Source: Candidatus Omnitrophota bacterium (lineage in GTDB: Bacteria; Omnitrophota; Gorgyraeia; S143-82). From it: 64,000 nt of DNA. Numbering within the stretch: the first letter of the stretch is position 1; the number at the start of each line of letters is the position of its first letter. The stretch is taken from contig WGBD01000001.1 of assembly GCA_015494465.1 (NCBI GenBank), positions 244,477-308,476 of the forward strand, given 5' to 3'. Both the position numbers and the translations under genes were made by a program. Below are positions 28,420 to 37,682 of this stretch, in pieces. Under the pieces are notes generated by a model. That model was not told where the DNA came from. It did no database searches and saw only the letters and a program-made list of their open reading frames with translations.

Positions 28420-31400
28420 CTATTCCAAGATTATACCACCCGGTTGGTTCCAGTTGGCCCTGATCTGGCTTACCAACTGTTCCATCCTCTCCAGCACATC
28501 TTTACTGCCCAACTTCTCCAAAATACTGGTAACCTCGTCTCGATAGCTCCCTAAGCGGAGGTCCAGGTCCAACATACCCCCGAGGAGGTCCAGCTCTTGC
28601 TCGGAGAAGGCCTCCTCCGTCACCTTCGACGCCAGATCCCGGAGTTCCTCTCTCAGCTGGGTCAACTCCTCTTCGGAGATTGGCTCATCTACCTTGTGGA
28701 GTAGAAGGAGGTATCCCTTCTCAGGATGTCTTAATAGGCTCACCACCCGATATCCCTGGAGAACTGCGGAGTGCACTGCTTCCAAAAGCTCGTCTTTCTC
28801 CAACCATTGGGGATTTTCTATTTCATACACATTCCCCCTCCACATAAGTGACCTTGGCCCTTCTTGCCAAGTATACACTTCCCTCGAGAAGACCTCTGTA
28901 TATCGCTTCATCACTGCGGAATCCTTAACCGAATCAAACTCTTTAGTCACAACATCCAGCACATAGGGATCGAATGGACGGGGAAGGATCAGCCTCTCGC
29001 CGAAAAGGAAGGCAAAGACCTCTCCTTTCGAATCGGAGATTACGCGCAACTCTTCATCAGATCTCGGCTCGCCGGTGGATCCCTTCGCAAAGTCCTCCAT
29101 AATCGTCTTCCAATTCGCTGACACCTCACCTACGACTCGTTCTATGTCCTCCTCCTTATCTGCGAGATCAAACCAGATCCCCAATTCCTTGCTCTTCATA
29201 GAGATCGCTGGGTCGAAGATGTGCTCTCGAGCCAACTCCCCAATTGGACCAACCACATCCCGGAAGCGTATCCACTTCACGAAAAACCTCTTGATGCGCT
29301 CACTCCACTCGACATCGTCCTCAGAAACACCGCCCTTAGGGAGGAGGGACACGAGTCCGTGTATAGCAGAGAGTCGGTAGAGGAAGTAATCCCCGACATC
29401 CCTTAAGATTATCGAGTCCTTCTCTTTGTCTATGGCCCGCGGGGTTTGGGCCCCGCTCTTCCCCTCATATCGGGCTATGCGCATAATTAGAGGAAAGAGT
29501 TTGTCTCTCCACATCTTATCCGCCCTTTGTCTATCTCCCTCTCGCACCGCCTTAGAAAACTCTCCGCAAAGACGATAAAAGCCGGTTCTGCGGAACTTCT
29601 TTACAAACCCGCCCTTTTTAACTGCCTCCTCGTCGGAATACTCGTCCAAAAGCTCTCTTACCTCATCGAAAAGCTCATCTACATCCCCGGAGGTCTTCCT
29701 TAGCTTCCGCTTCACTATCCCTCCGAGGGGCGCATAAAGGATACCTAATAAGCGGGAGAGAGACCTGTCTACCTCATCGTTCAACTCCCTAGGCAGAAAG
29801 ACCCACACCGCATCCGAGATCGCAGTGGCCCTTACCGCCTTGTCTACCTGCAAAGCCAGCCGTCTATCCCTTATCCTTGACCGGATCATCCAAGTGGGCA
29901 GGCGTCGGTCCAACGGGACCAACAGGTCCTTGGCCAGGGTCAGGATACGATACTCTTCCCGAGTTGGGGAGTTGTAGAAGAGATAGCGCAGGAACATCCT
30001 CTTGCTAGGATGGGCTCGGGCTATGTCGTATTCGCCCCTCGCTATTCCCTTACTCCTGAGGGCCTTCATCATCAGGGCCTCGTCTTGTCTCAACAAGGCA
30101 ACCATGGCCAACAAGACCGGGTATTCTGGTCCCAACGGCCCCCCTAGGGCCCGGAATCTTACTACCGGGAAGACCTCCCGACGATTGTGAAACCTCTGGT
30201 TCGTCCTTTCCACGAACCTGTCTTCGAATCCCTCGGGGAGCCAATCGTTGGAATATACCGCAAACCTCACCCGAGGAGCACCAAACCTGTCCAATCCCAC
30301 TGGCCACTTATTCGTCCAGATAAGACCCTTCCTTTCCTCTAAGGCCTTGCCAAACTTGTCGTAGCCCTCCTTTATGGCAAAGGCGAAGATCTCCTGGAGC
30401 GGATAGTTGAGCCCCCTTTCCGCCATGTAGGCCTGAGCGGAGACCACCGGAAAGACCCAGAAGGGATTAGACATGTACCGAATAAATCGCTGAGTTAACT
30501 CCTTCATCCCGAACTGCCGGAACAGATAAACGCGCATCTCTTTATCAAAGAGCTTGCTCACATCTCCCTTGCGCCTGTATCTCCAGGCATTAACACACAC
30601 CCGATCTACGGTATCCAACACCTTTTTCACATCCCCTGGCAGGTAGTCTCGGTTGAGTCTGTAGACCATCTGGCGCAACAGGTTCATACCTAGCCTATAA
30701 TCCACCGACCCTGCATAACCTCCTAACTCGCGCAATTCCTCCTCGGGAAGCAGGGCCATTAAACGAATGAAGGCCTCGAACAACCTTCCTCTCAACCCCT
30801 CCACCTCTTCGGAATCGATCGCTTGACTCGCCAGGAGTTCCGCAAGCCGACTCACATCGGAGAGAAACTCTCGTTTCAACTGAATCGGATCAACGGTTTT
30901 CTCCGTCTTTACCACTTCTCCACCCAGAGCAGGTTCTTCCTCTTGAAGCATAACGACCTCATCTTGAGGTTGTTTGCCCTCCCGCTCTGCCAAGGGATTC
31001 ATCATCCGGGAGAGTTTCATCAATCCTCCCGTCCCCAAGGCACTGAGTCCTCCGTAAATCGCTAAACGCCTCAAAAAGGCCCTCCTGCTCATACCATCCT
31101 CTCCCAAACTCCACAACGACTTTGGATCCCACCTGGGATAGACTAAGGACAACTTCCCTTTTATCAAAGATAGCTTGAGCTCCCCCAAGACATCAGAGAT
31201 CCGATCCGGATCAAAGAGCCCCCCCAAGACCGACTCAAAAAAGCCAAGCACATCTAGATTTCGTGCGTCCAATATGTTCGTATCCTCTAATTTCTTAAGA
31301 GACCTTTGGAAGAGAGGACCAAAGGTCATACCTCCCTGAAAGACTTCTTTCTCCAACAACCTGTTCAACAGGTACTGCTCCAAGCTGTGGACCAAGATAG

Positions 31401-33771
31401 GCCTGTTTTCCCCCAGTATGGTAAGGGGAAAGAGCCTCCCCAACAGTCTGCTCCACTCCTGGAGGCCATCGCTCCCCAACACCCTCTCCACCACCGCCAA
31501 GCCCCCGACATCTGCCAGAAACTCACTAATCAAGGCGGAGAAGACATCCCGGGTGAGATCGCCTGGCTCTAGACTGGGGACCTTCTCTTCCAAGAGCCCG
31601 TACACCAGGTTGTGGGTTATCTCGTGGGCCAAGATAGAGCCCACCAAAAGGGAAACATTCGATCGGGCAAAGAGGACCATATTCAAAGGGTGGAAGGCAT
31701 AACTCGCATCGCCGAAGAACCCCCCTCCCCGGATCACCGTCCTTGCGAACAATATCTTTTCCAGCATCCACCTTTTAAGATCGTCCTTCTCCTCTTGTCC
31801 AGAGAGGGAGACCACCGTAGGGGTAAGTAAGGTCAAGACGGTCTTGATCTTCTGCTCCAGCAGGCGAGGATCCGCACAGGAAGAGAGCACCTCCTTCACA
31901 AAGTCCTTATCCTGGGCCCAGTGTAAGAACTCATCCCAAACTTCTCTGAGATAGCTGTTATCTCTAAAAGCGAGGTAAAGACCAGCCCTCATCCTCACCT
32001 CCCGGGGAAGGGTCTCGTCTGAGAAAAGACTCTCCAGTAACTTATTCGGTATGGACCTCTGTACGAGGAAGTCCAACAAGGCGGTAGCGTAAAACGGATC
32101 GTCCTGCCAGTAATAAATCCGATTAATGGCAGAGACCAGATTCCCAAGCTCGTTCCACAGGAGATACCGAACTTGCTTCCTCCCTGATTTACCCTCGGGA
32201 ACAGAGGTCCAAAGGTAGATCAAGGTCTTTAGGGAGATCTCCTGCAGATAGGGGAGAATACCTTCCAATCTATCCAGAAAGGCATCTGACTTTGCCATCG
32301 TCTCTAAGAGTATCGGATTCTGGGAGGAAAGACTTTCCAAAAAACTAGCTAGTCTATTCGGAGGACAACTAGAACCCAAGATCGAGGCTATATCGTTGAG
32401 GTAATCCTGGAGCCAGGGATGGTCTATAAACAGGTCTGCGTCCCCTAGGAACTCCACAAACGAGTTCCATTGCTCTTCGTCGAGATCAACTCTCCCGCTC
32501 TCTACGAGTCTTCCCAATTGATAAAAGCCCTTTGCCCTGTCGGACAAAGAATCGAACTCCAAGGGAGAACCGGTCAAACCTGCGATGAACAGGGCTATGT
32601 CCTCTCCCATACCCAAACGAGCGATCTTCCCGACATGTTCCTTCCCCAACCTGATCTCCAAAACCTCGTCTATCGATCGCTTGGTCAGGTACATCCTTAG
32701 GGCAAGGAGCGATAGATAGATATCCTCGTGCCGGTTATTCCTAAACACATCTATCGCGGAGTCCAACAGCTCCCGGGAGTGAACGGGGAATTGAGAGTAG
32801 AACAAGCGGAAAAAATCTACCGTGGGATTGTACCTTCTATTCCGCACTACAGTGGGGTTGCGGGAGATAAAAAACCAGTTCAAGATCAACGGTTCTAAGA
32901 GGTCCGGGCGCTGGGCTAGTTCCATAAGCCCCTGCGCAAACCAGACCTCATCCCGCCTCCATATCCGCTCAAGCATCTCCCGCACGTCCTCTATCCCCAT
33001 CTTGTCCATGCCCATCCCCAGATCCGAGAGCAGGACATACATCTTTTCCCCAGGAGTAAGGTCTGGATCTGACACTACGCGACCGTAAATCCGGGAAATC
33101 CTGCTGGCAAAGTCCTCGACCTCGACCGCGTGGTAGGCATCCGCCCCTATGTTTAACGGGGGAAGCTCTATGCCCCCGACTATTCCCTCCTCGGAGAACA
33201 GGTCCCGATGGTACAGGGAAAGGATCCAATCTGTCCCCTCAGGGTAGGCCCTGCCAGGGTATCCCCTTCTCAACAACCCGATCTTTCCGGCCCAGTCCCT
33301 ACCTCGATAGAACCAATAGACTGCCCTCCGCAAGGGGTAAAACTCTTGCGATTCGTTGACTATACTTGCCAACTCGGGAACGAATTCTTGGATTCCTTCC
33401 GCGCCCTCTGCCTTCACCTCAAAGCGCACCTCAGGGAATACCGCCTCCGGGACCAACCACAGCCTGAATACAGAATCCTCATCCGATCCGAAACCCGAGA
33501 CCAGTTCCTTGGCAATCTCTTTTAGGCGGTAATCGTAGTAAAGGAGGAAAGCGGTCATCTCAGGGAAGGCTATCTGCCCTGAGGAGAGCTCTTCCCTCTT
33601 CGCAAACGGCGAGAGATTAACCCAGGCCTCTCCGCTAAGAACTCCCGACCAGAAGGCAACCGAATCGTAGGGATAGAGCTCAACGACCTCAGGGCGGGCC
33701 TGGGGTAAAGGAAAAGTAAAAAACAAACAAATCGCTAAAAAGGTGTTAAGCCATCTCGTCTTTCTTCCCAT
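28420..33771 (-). CDS. giant secreted protein of unknown function with an HExxH...ExxxD metallopeptidase-like motif
   Basis: Uninterrupted 1783-codon frame. Signal peptide MGRKTRWLNTFLAICLFFTFPLPQA. ILAHEITHNLVYG...SEFLAD lies around aa 700. An internal Tat-like hydrophobic segment (SRRAFLRRLAIYGGLSALGTGG) lies around aa 880. Confidence 0.6.
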   Translation of the reverse strand: MGRKTRWLNTFLAICLFFTFPLPQARPEVVELYPYDSVAFWSGVLSGEAWVNLSPFAKREELSSGQIAFPEMTAFLLYYDYRLKEIAKELVSGFGSDEDSVFRLWLVPEAVFPEVRFEVKAEGAEGIQEFVPELASIVNESQEFYPLRRAVYWFYRGRDWAGKIGLLRRGYPGRAYPEGTDWILSLYHRDLFSEEGIVGGIELPPLNIGADAYHAVEVEDFASRISRIYGRVVSDPDLTPGEKMYVLLSDLGMGMDKMGIEDVREMLERIWRRDEVWFAQGLMELAQRPDLLEPLILNWFFISRNPTVVRNRRYNPTVDFFRLFYSQFPVHSRELLDSAIDVFRNNRHEDIYLSLLALRMYLTKRSIDEVLEIRLGKEHVGKIARLGMGEDIALFIAGLTGSPLEFDSLSDRAKGFYQLGRLVESGRVDLDEEQWNSFVEFLGDADLFIDHPWLQDYLNDIASILGSSCPPNRLASFLESLSSQNPILLETMAKSDAFLDRLEGILPYLQEISLKTLIYLWTSVPEGKSGRKQVRYLLWNELGNLVSAINRIYYWQDDPFYATALLDFLVQRSIPNKLLESLFSDETLPREVRMRAGLYLAFRDNSYLREVWDEFLHWAQDKDFVKEVLSSCADPRLLEQKIKTVLTLLTPTVVSLSGQEEKDDLKRWMLEKILFARTVIRGGGFFGDASYAFHPLNMVLFARSNVSLLVGSILAHEITHNLVYGLLEEKVPSLEPGDLTRDVFSALISEFLADVGGLAVVERVLGSDGLQEWSRLLGRLFPLTILGENRPILVHSLEQYLLNRLLEKEVFQGGMTFGPLFQRSLKKLEDTNILDARNLDVLGFFESVLGGLFDPDRISDVLGELKLSLIKGKLSLVYPRWDPKSLWSLGEDGMSRRAFLRRLAIYGGLSALGTGGLMKLSRMMNPLAEREGKQPQDEVVMLQEEEPALGGEVVKTEKTVDPIQLKREFLSDVSRLAELLASQAIDSEEVEGLRGRLFEAFIRLMALLPEEELRELGGYAGSVDYRLGMNLLRQMVYRLNRDYLPGDVKKVLDTVDRVCVNAWRYRRKGDVSKLFDKEMRVYLFRQFGMKELTQRFIRYMSNPFWVFPVVSAQAYMAERGLNYPLQEIFAFAIKEGYDKFGKALEERKGLIWTNKWPVGLDRFGAPRVRFAVYSNDWLPEGFEDRFVERTNQRFHNRREVFPVVRFRALGGPLGPEYPVLLAMVALLRQDEALMMKALRSKGIARGEYDIARAHPSKRMFLRYLFYNSPTREEYRILTLAKDLLVPLDRRLPTWMIRSRIRDRRLALQVDKAVRATAISDAVWVFLPRELNDEVDRSLSRLLGILYAPLGGIVKRKLRKTSGDVDELFDEVRELLDEYSDEEAVKKGGFVKKFRRTGFYRLCGEFSKAVREGDRQRADKMWRDKLFPLIMRIARYEGKSGAQTPRAIDKEKDSIILRDVGDYFLYRLSAIHGLVSLLPKGGVSEDDVEWSERIKRFFVKWIRFRDVVGPIGELAREHIFDPAISMKSKELGIWFDLADKEEDIERVVGEVSANWKTIMEDFAKGSTGEPRSDEELRVISDSKGEVFAFLFGERLILPRPFDPYVLDVVTKEFDSVKDSAVMKRYTEVFSREVYTWQEGPRSLMWRGNVYEIENPQWLEKDELLEAVHSAVLQGYRVVSLLRHPEKGYLLLLHKVDEPISEEELTQLREELRDLASKVTEEAFSEQELDLLGGMLDLDLRLGSYRDEVTSILEKLGSKDVLERMEQLVSQIRANWNQPGGIILE

Positions 33772-34301
33772 CGCCTCAACATCCTCTCAAAACTTTCGAA
33801 CGGCATCTTGGGTCGATCCCCTCGCTTGAACCAACCGACTTCTTTCGCGTCGTCGCCAGGTCTTACTTCTTCGGGGGCTAGCACCTCTATCGCGTAGCCG
33901 ATCACGACCACTGAACCATACCTGCGACTGGGTTGGTATTCGACTCCGATCAATCCGATCTCACCTGTGGAAGCAATCCCGGTCTCCTCCTTCAATTCCC
34001 GCAAACAGGCATCCAAAGGGGCCTCCCCTACCTCCATAAATCCGCCTGGCAGGGCCCAACTGCCTTCCTTGGGCTCAACTGCCCGCTTTATGAGTAAAAT
34101 CTTCTCCTCCTTGTAAGCCACGGCGCAGACCACCGGAGGCGGATTAATATAATGCACCCAACTACAGCCGGGACAGATCGGTCGCCACCGGCCTTCTACT
34201 TTAGACAAAGACAATCCCTCGCCACAGCGGGGACAGAACCTAAAGGCGTTCTCTTCCCCGCAGACAATACCACACCTAATATAATCTTCACGGGACAACA
34301 T
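33735..34301 (-). CDS. NUDIX hydrolase with an N-terminal zinc ribbon (NudC-like)
   Basis: 188 aa. CPRCGEG...CPGCSW zinc ribbon. The Nudix box is GGFMEVGEAPLDACLRELKEETGI. Confidence 0.8.
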   Translation of the reverse strand: MLSREDYIRCGIVCGEENAFRFCPRCGEGLSLSKVEGRWRPICPGCSWVHYINPPPVVCAVAYKEEKILLIKRAVEPKEGSWALPGGFMEVGEAPLDACLRELKEETGIASTGEIGLIGVEYQPSRRYGSVVVIGYAIEVLAPEEVRPGDDAKEVGWFKRGDRPKMPFESFERMLRRWEERRDGLTPF

Positions 34302-34356
34302 AGTCTATCTCCCTTACCATAGGATAAGTATATATCAGACCATATCCAAAACCAAC

Positions 34357-36504
34357 TCAGGCCCGGGCGCTCTCCTGACGGGAATCGCGTAAGATCAAAA
34401 GCGACCCACCCAAGGTCTCAACGAGCCAGCGAACCCAAGCAGAAGAAAAAGCCTCCCCCGTGGGAGCACCAAAGATGTTAAGATCCGCACGGGGGGCATC
34501 CCCTAGGATAGACCGAAAGTCTCCCGAGAGCACGGTTACCGTGGTGTCTGCAGGCAGACGCATCACCTCTTTCAGTCGAGCAAGATAGCGATATCCTTTC
34601 TCTTCTTCTCCCTCTCGAACGACCTGCATTAGATTGAGCTTGACCTCAAGGGACCTGTGTAGGTGCAAGGCTATAAGGATCGCTAGGTCCCTATTCGGAG
34701 AGCCTTCCCTTATCCAGAGATTGACCGTCTTAATGTCCTTCGCACTCGAGCAATAGGCCCCCAAGAGGCCAAGATTCTTATCCTCTGAGAGGGACAAAAA
34801 CTCCGGCAAAGACCGAAGCAGGGCCTCTTCTTGGAAGTCCAAAAAGAGCAGGTTGGCGGGGAGGAACATCTGCTCGCAAACGTAGAGGGCCTGAGACACT
34901 GACGATATCGGATCCCCTGAGAAGCAGAGCTCGGTGGCAAAAAATCCCATCGCCTGCAACCTGGAAACGAAATCCCTCGCAGAAGGACAGTCCTCTTTTC
35001 GGTAGCAGACCGCAACCAATCTCCCATTAGGGAATAGGACTGCCTCCAGCAGATCCCCACACCGGGTCAACGACTGGGCCCTGGCAGGGAAGAGGACGTT
35101 CGGTTTCCAACCTTTGGGGTGGTAAGGCAACCCCCGCGCTATCCTCAAGCACTTCTCCGCCAAGAAGATCAATAGCCCCTTTCTCACATCTGGCCACGAT
35201 CCGGAAAAACCCCTCTTTAGTAGCTGGACATAAAGGAAGAGCAAGAGCACCACTGCCAGGAAGGCAAAGAAGGGATCTATCAGGAACATGGCCAGGGCAC
35301 AGGCAAAGACCCCCGCCCCCGGTACGATTGAAGGCATGCGGAATGTGGGCCTAAAACTCACCACCCCTATTGCCTGCTCTATCAGGACTGACAGGTTGAT
35401 CGCCCCGTAGGTCATGAGAAAGATCATCGTGAGCAGACCCGCCAGGTAGTTCAAGGAGAGGAATAGGGCCAATAAGGATATCCCTGCGGTAACGCCTATT
35501 GCGAACACCGGCTCGCCCGAACGAGAAGTACGAGCCAACCAGTGAGATCCGGGAACTATACGATGCTTGGACAGGGCCAAGAGCACACGAGGAGAGGACA
35601 CGAACATGCTGAGTGCGGAGGACAGGGTAGCCCCCATTATCCCCGCTATCACCAGCGCGGGCCACTTGGCGTACTTCACTGCTACCGAGGGGTCTGCTAC
35701 CAACTCGCCAGCAGGGGCCACTCCAGCGAACCAAACCGCGGTCAGGCAATAAATGAGAAAGCTCAGCACGATGGCGGAGATCGTGCCCAACGGGATGGCC
35801 TTCTCCGGATCCTTTAGCTCCCCTGACATGTTCACTCCCGCCAGGATCCCTGTCACCGCAGGGAAAAACACCGCAAAGGCCTTCCAGAAGTCCACCATAT
35901 TCACCGGGACCAGCCTCAAGGCGGGCCCAAGACCGGGAAAGTTCAGGTACATGGACAAGAGGGCCAAGGCTATAGTGACAAGTATCAGGTATTGCAGACG
36001 AAAGGCCAGCCGGGCACTCCTTTGGGAGACCATAAACAAACAGATCCATACCACCAAAGAGACCAACAACTGGGAATGGGTAGGGAAGAGCCTGCTCACC
36101 CAGAGCTCCGAAAAACCTCGGATGTAAAAGGCAACCGAGATGGCCTGGGAGAGGTAAAGGGAGACACCTATGGTGCCTCCTGCCTCCATCCCCAGAGAGC
36201 GGGATATCATGGAATATGCCCCACCCGCGCCTATCCTGCGATTGCTTACTATGGACCACAGAGAAAGGGCGGTGATAAATGTGATGGTGTTACTGATCAG
36301 GATGATTCCAAGGGCCCGGAAGATCCCCACCTGACCTACCACCCAACCCAGGCGTAGAAATAATATCACCCCCAGGATACTCAGGAGCGTTGGAACGAAG
36401 ACACCTTCGAAGGCCCCGAATCGTCGCATACTGCCTACCCTTAAGTGATCAAAACCCAAGTCCATTATACCAGTATTTTTGCTATAATTACTTTGCGGAT
36501 CCAA
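34357..36504 (-). CDS. cation-chloride cotransporter (SLC12/CCC) family permease with a C-terminal cytoplasmic domain
   Basis: 715 aa. FGAFEGVFVPTLLSILGVILFLRLGWVVGQVGI is the CCC family N-terminal signature. About 12 TM segments are followed by a roughly 250-aa soluble domain. Confidence 0.65.
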   Translation of the reverse strand: MDPQSNYSKNTGIMDLGFDHLRVGSMRRFGAFEGVFVPTLLSILGVILFLRLGWVVGQVGIFRALGIILISNTITFITALSLWSIVSNRRIGAGGAYSMISRSLGMEAGGTIGVSLYLSQAISVAFYIRGFSELWVSRLFPTHSQLLVSLVVWICLFMVSQRSARLAFRLQYLILVTIALALLSMYLNFPGLGPALRLVPVNMVDFWKAFAVFFPAVTGILAGVNMSGELKDPEKAIPLGTISAIVLSFLIYCLTAVWFAGVAPAGELVADPSVAVKYAKWPALVIAGIMGATLSSALSMFVSSPRVLLALSKHRIVPGSHWLARTSRSGEPVFAIGVTAGISLLALFLSLNYLAGLLTMIFLMTYGAINLSVLIEQAIGVVSFRPTFRMPSIVPGAGVFACALAMFLIDPFFAFLAVVLLLFLYVQLLKRGFSGSWPDVRKGLLIFLAEKCLRIARGLPYHPKGWKPNVLFPARAQSLTRCGDLLEAVLFPNGRLVAVCYRKEDCPSARDFVSRLQAMGFFATELCFSGDPISSVSQALYVCEQMFLPANLLFLDFQEEALLRSLPEFLSLSEDKNLGLLGAYCSSAKDIKTVNLWIREGSPNRDLAILIALHLHRSLEVKLNLMQVVREGEEEKGYRYLARLKEVMRLPADTTVTVLSGDFRSILGDAPRADLNIFGAPTGEAFSSAWVRWLVETLGGSLLILRDSRQESARA
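36461..36488 (+). promoter_or_regulatory. extended -10 promoter (TGCTATAAT) for the thioredoxin-like gene
   Basis: TGCTATAAT at 36480-36488. The AGGAGG SD lies 8 nt before the ATG at 36529. Confidence 0.45.
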
Positions 36505-36528
36505 TCTAAACCAAACAGGAGGTAGATC

Positions 36529-36948
36529 ATGAGGCGGTTGATGGTGACGATTATCTTACTCTGCCTGCTGAGTCTTCCTGCCTTCTCCGCAGAGCAAGCC
36601 CAATCCTCTGCATCCAAATCCAAACTTCACCTAATACTGTTCTATTCCAGTCACTGCGGGGCGTGCCTAAAACTGGAAAACGAATACATCCCCGTGATCC
36701 TAAAAAAGTACGGCGATGCAATCGATCTCGATCAAAGGGAGATAAACGAGAAAAAGGAACACCTAGAGCAACTCCTAACCTATAACCCCGAAGGGACCGT
36801 CCCTACCATGGTGGTCCCTAGCCTGAACAAGGTCTTCGTGGGGGTAGAGGAGATCGAGACCAGTGTCACCCCGATAATAAAGGACTTCGTCGCTGGCAGG
36901 CTGTCCCCATCCTCCAACCAAGGATCAGGGACTAAAAAAAAACTCTAG
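36529..36948 (+). CDS. periplasmic thioredoxin-fold thiol-disulfide oxidoreductase
   Basis: 139 aa. Signal peptide MRRLMVTIILLCLLSLPAFSA. The CxxC active site is in LILFYSSHCGACLKLENEY. The gene ends ...GTKKKL* in an A9 run. Confidence 0.6.
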   Translation: MRRLMVTIILLCLLSLPAFSAEQAQSSASKSKLHLILFYSSHCGACLKLENEYIPVILKKYGDAIDLDQREINEKKEHLEQLLTYNPEGTVPTMVVPSLNKVFVGVEEIETSVTPIIKDFVAGRLSPSSNQGSGTKKKL

Positions 36949-37682
36949 CGGAGTTCTTCAATGAGCTTTCCGTACCGGTAATCGCCCTAGCGGGACTGAT
37001 AGACGGGATCAATCCCTGTGCCTTTGCGGTAATCGTCTTCTTTATATCCTTCTTGACCGTCTACAACTATTCCCGAAGACAGATAATCGCCATAGGCAGT
37101 AGTTACATCTTTGCGGTGTTCTTGACCTACCTATTGATAGGGCTGGGGTTCTTCAAGGCCCTCTACTCCCTCAAGGCCATATACTGGCTTAACCGAGCGC
37201 TGTACAAGGGCCTTGCCTTCCTCTGCCTACTCCTGGGAATCCTTGCCTTGCTAGACTACATCTCCTACCGCGAGACCCAAGACTACAAAGCGCAGATCCT
37301 GCAACTGCCGACCTCCCTCAAAAAACGCATAAACCAGGTATTTGGTTGGCTGAGGAAGCGGGAAAGGGAGGCAGTCTGGAAGCTCGTCTGCATCGCCTTC
37401 GTCGTAGGTCTGCTGGTCAGCATCCTGGAGTGCGCCTGCACGGGACAGATATACATCCCTACCATCACCCTCATGATGGCCCAAGAGAAGGTGAAGGCCT
37501 TCTTTTTCCTGATCCTCTACAACCTTATGTTCGTAATGCCGTTGATAGCGGTCTTCCTGATCGCCTTATTAGGTGTGAGTTCCCAGACCATTTCTGGATT
37601 CTTAAAAAGACACCTAGGGATCATCAAGATCTTTATGGCCTTCTTGTTCTTCTTCCTGGCGGGGCTCCTATTCGCCTACTAG
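36945..37682 (+). CDS. CcdA/DsbD-like thiol-disulfide transporter membrane protein with no canonical in-frame start; possibly expressed as a fusion to the upstream thioredoxin
   Basis: The frame is open from 36936. It encodes ELSVPVIALAGLIDGINPCAFAVIVFF (a TM1 with a conserved Cys), but the first standard start is TTG at 37053, downstream of that Cys. A second Cys motif LECACTG follows, then about 6 TM helices. Confidence 0.45.
   Translation, partial: LAEFFNELSVPVIALAGLIDGINPCAFAVIVFFISFLTVYNYSRRQIIAIGSSYIFAVFLTYLLIGLGFFKALYSLKAIYWLNRALYKGLAFLCLLLGILALLDYISYRETQDYKAQILQLPTSLKKRINQVFGWLRKREREAVWKLVCIAFVVGLLVSILECACTGQIYIPTITLMMAQEKVKAFFFLILYNLMFVMPLIAVFLIALLGVSSQTISGFLKRHLGIIKIFMAFLFFFLAGLLFAY

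Noticed and set aside
31100-31200. Internal Tat-like RRAFLRRL motif treated as the start of a separate gene within the 1783-aa ORF
   Set aside because: There is no stop codon anywhere upstream in this frame. Ribosomes starting at 33771 would therefore read through, so I annotated it as one polypeptide and flagged the motif as a finding instead.
35351-36259. 302-aa minus-strand ORF in an alternative frame inside the CCC transporter gene
   Set aside because: It is in the same location as the real gene but in another frame. It is G/R/P-rich and has no TM pattern.
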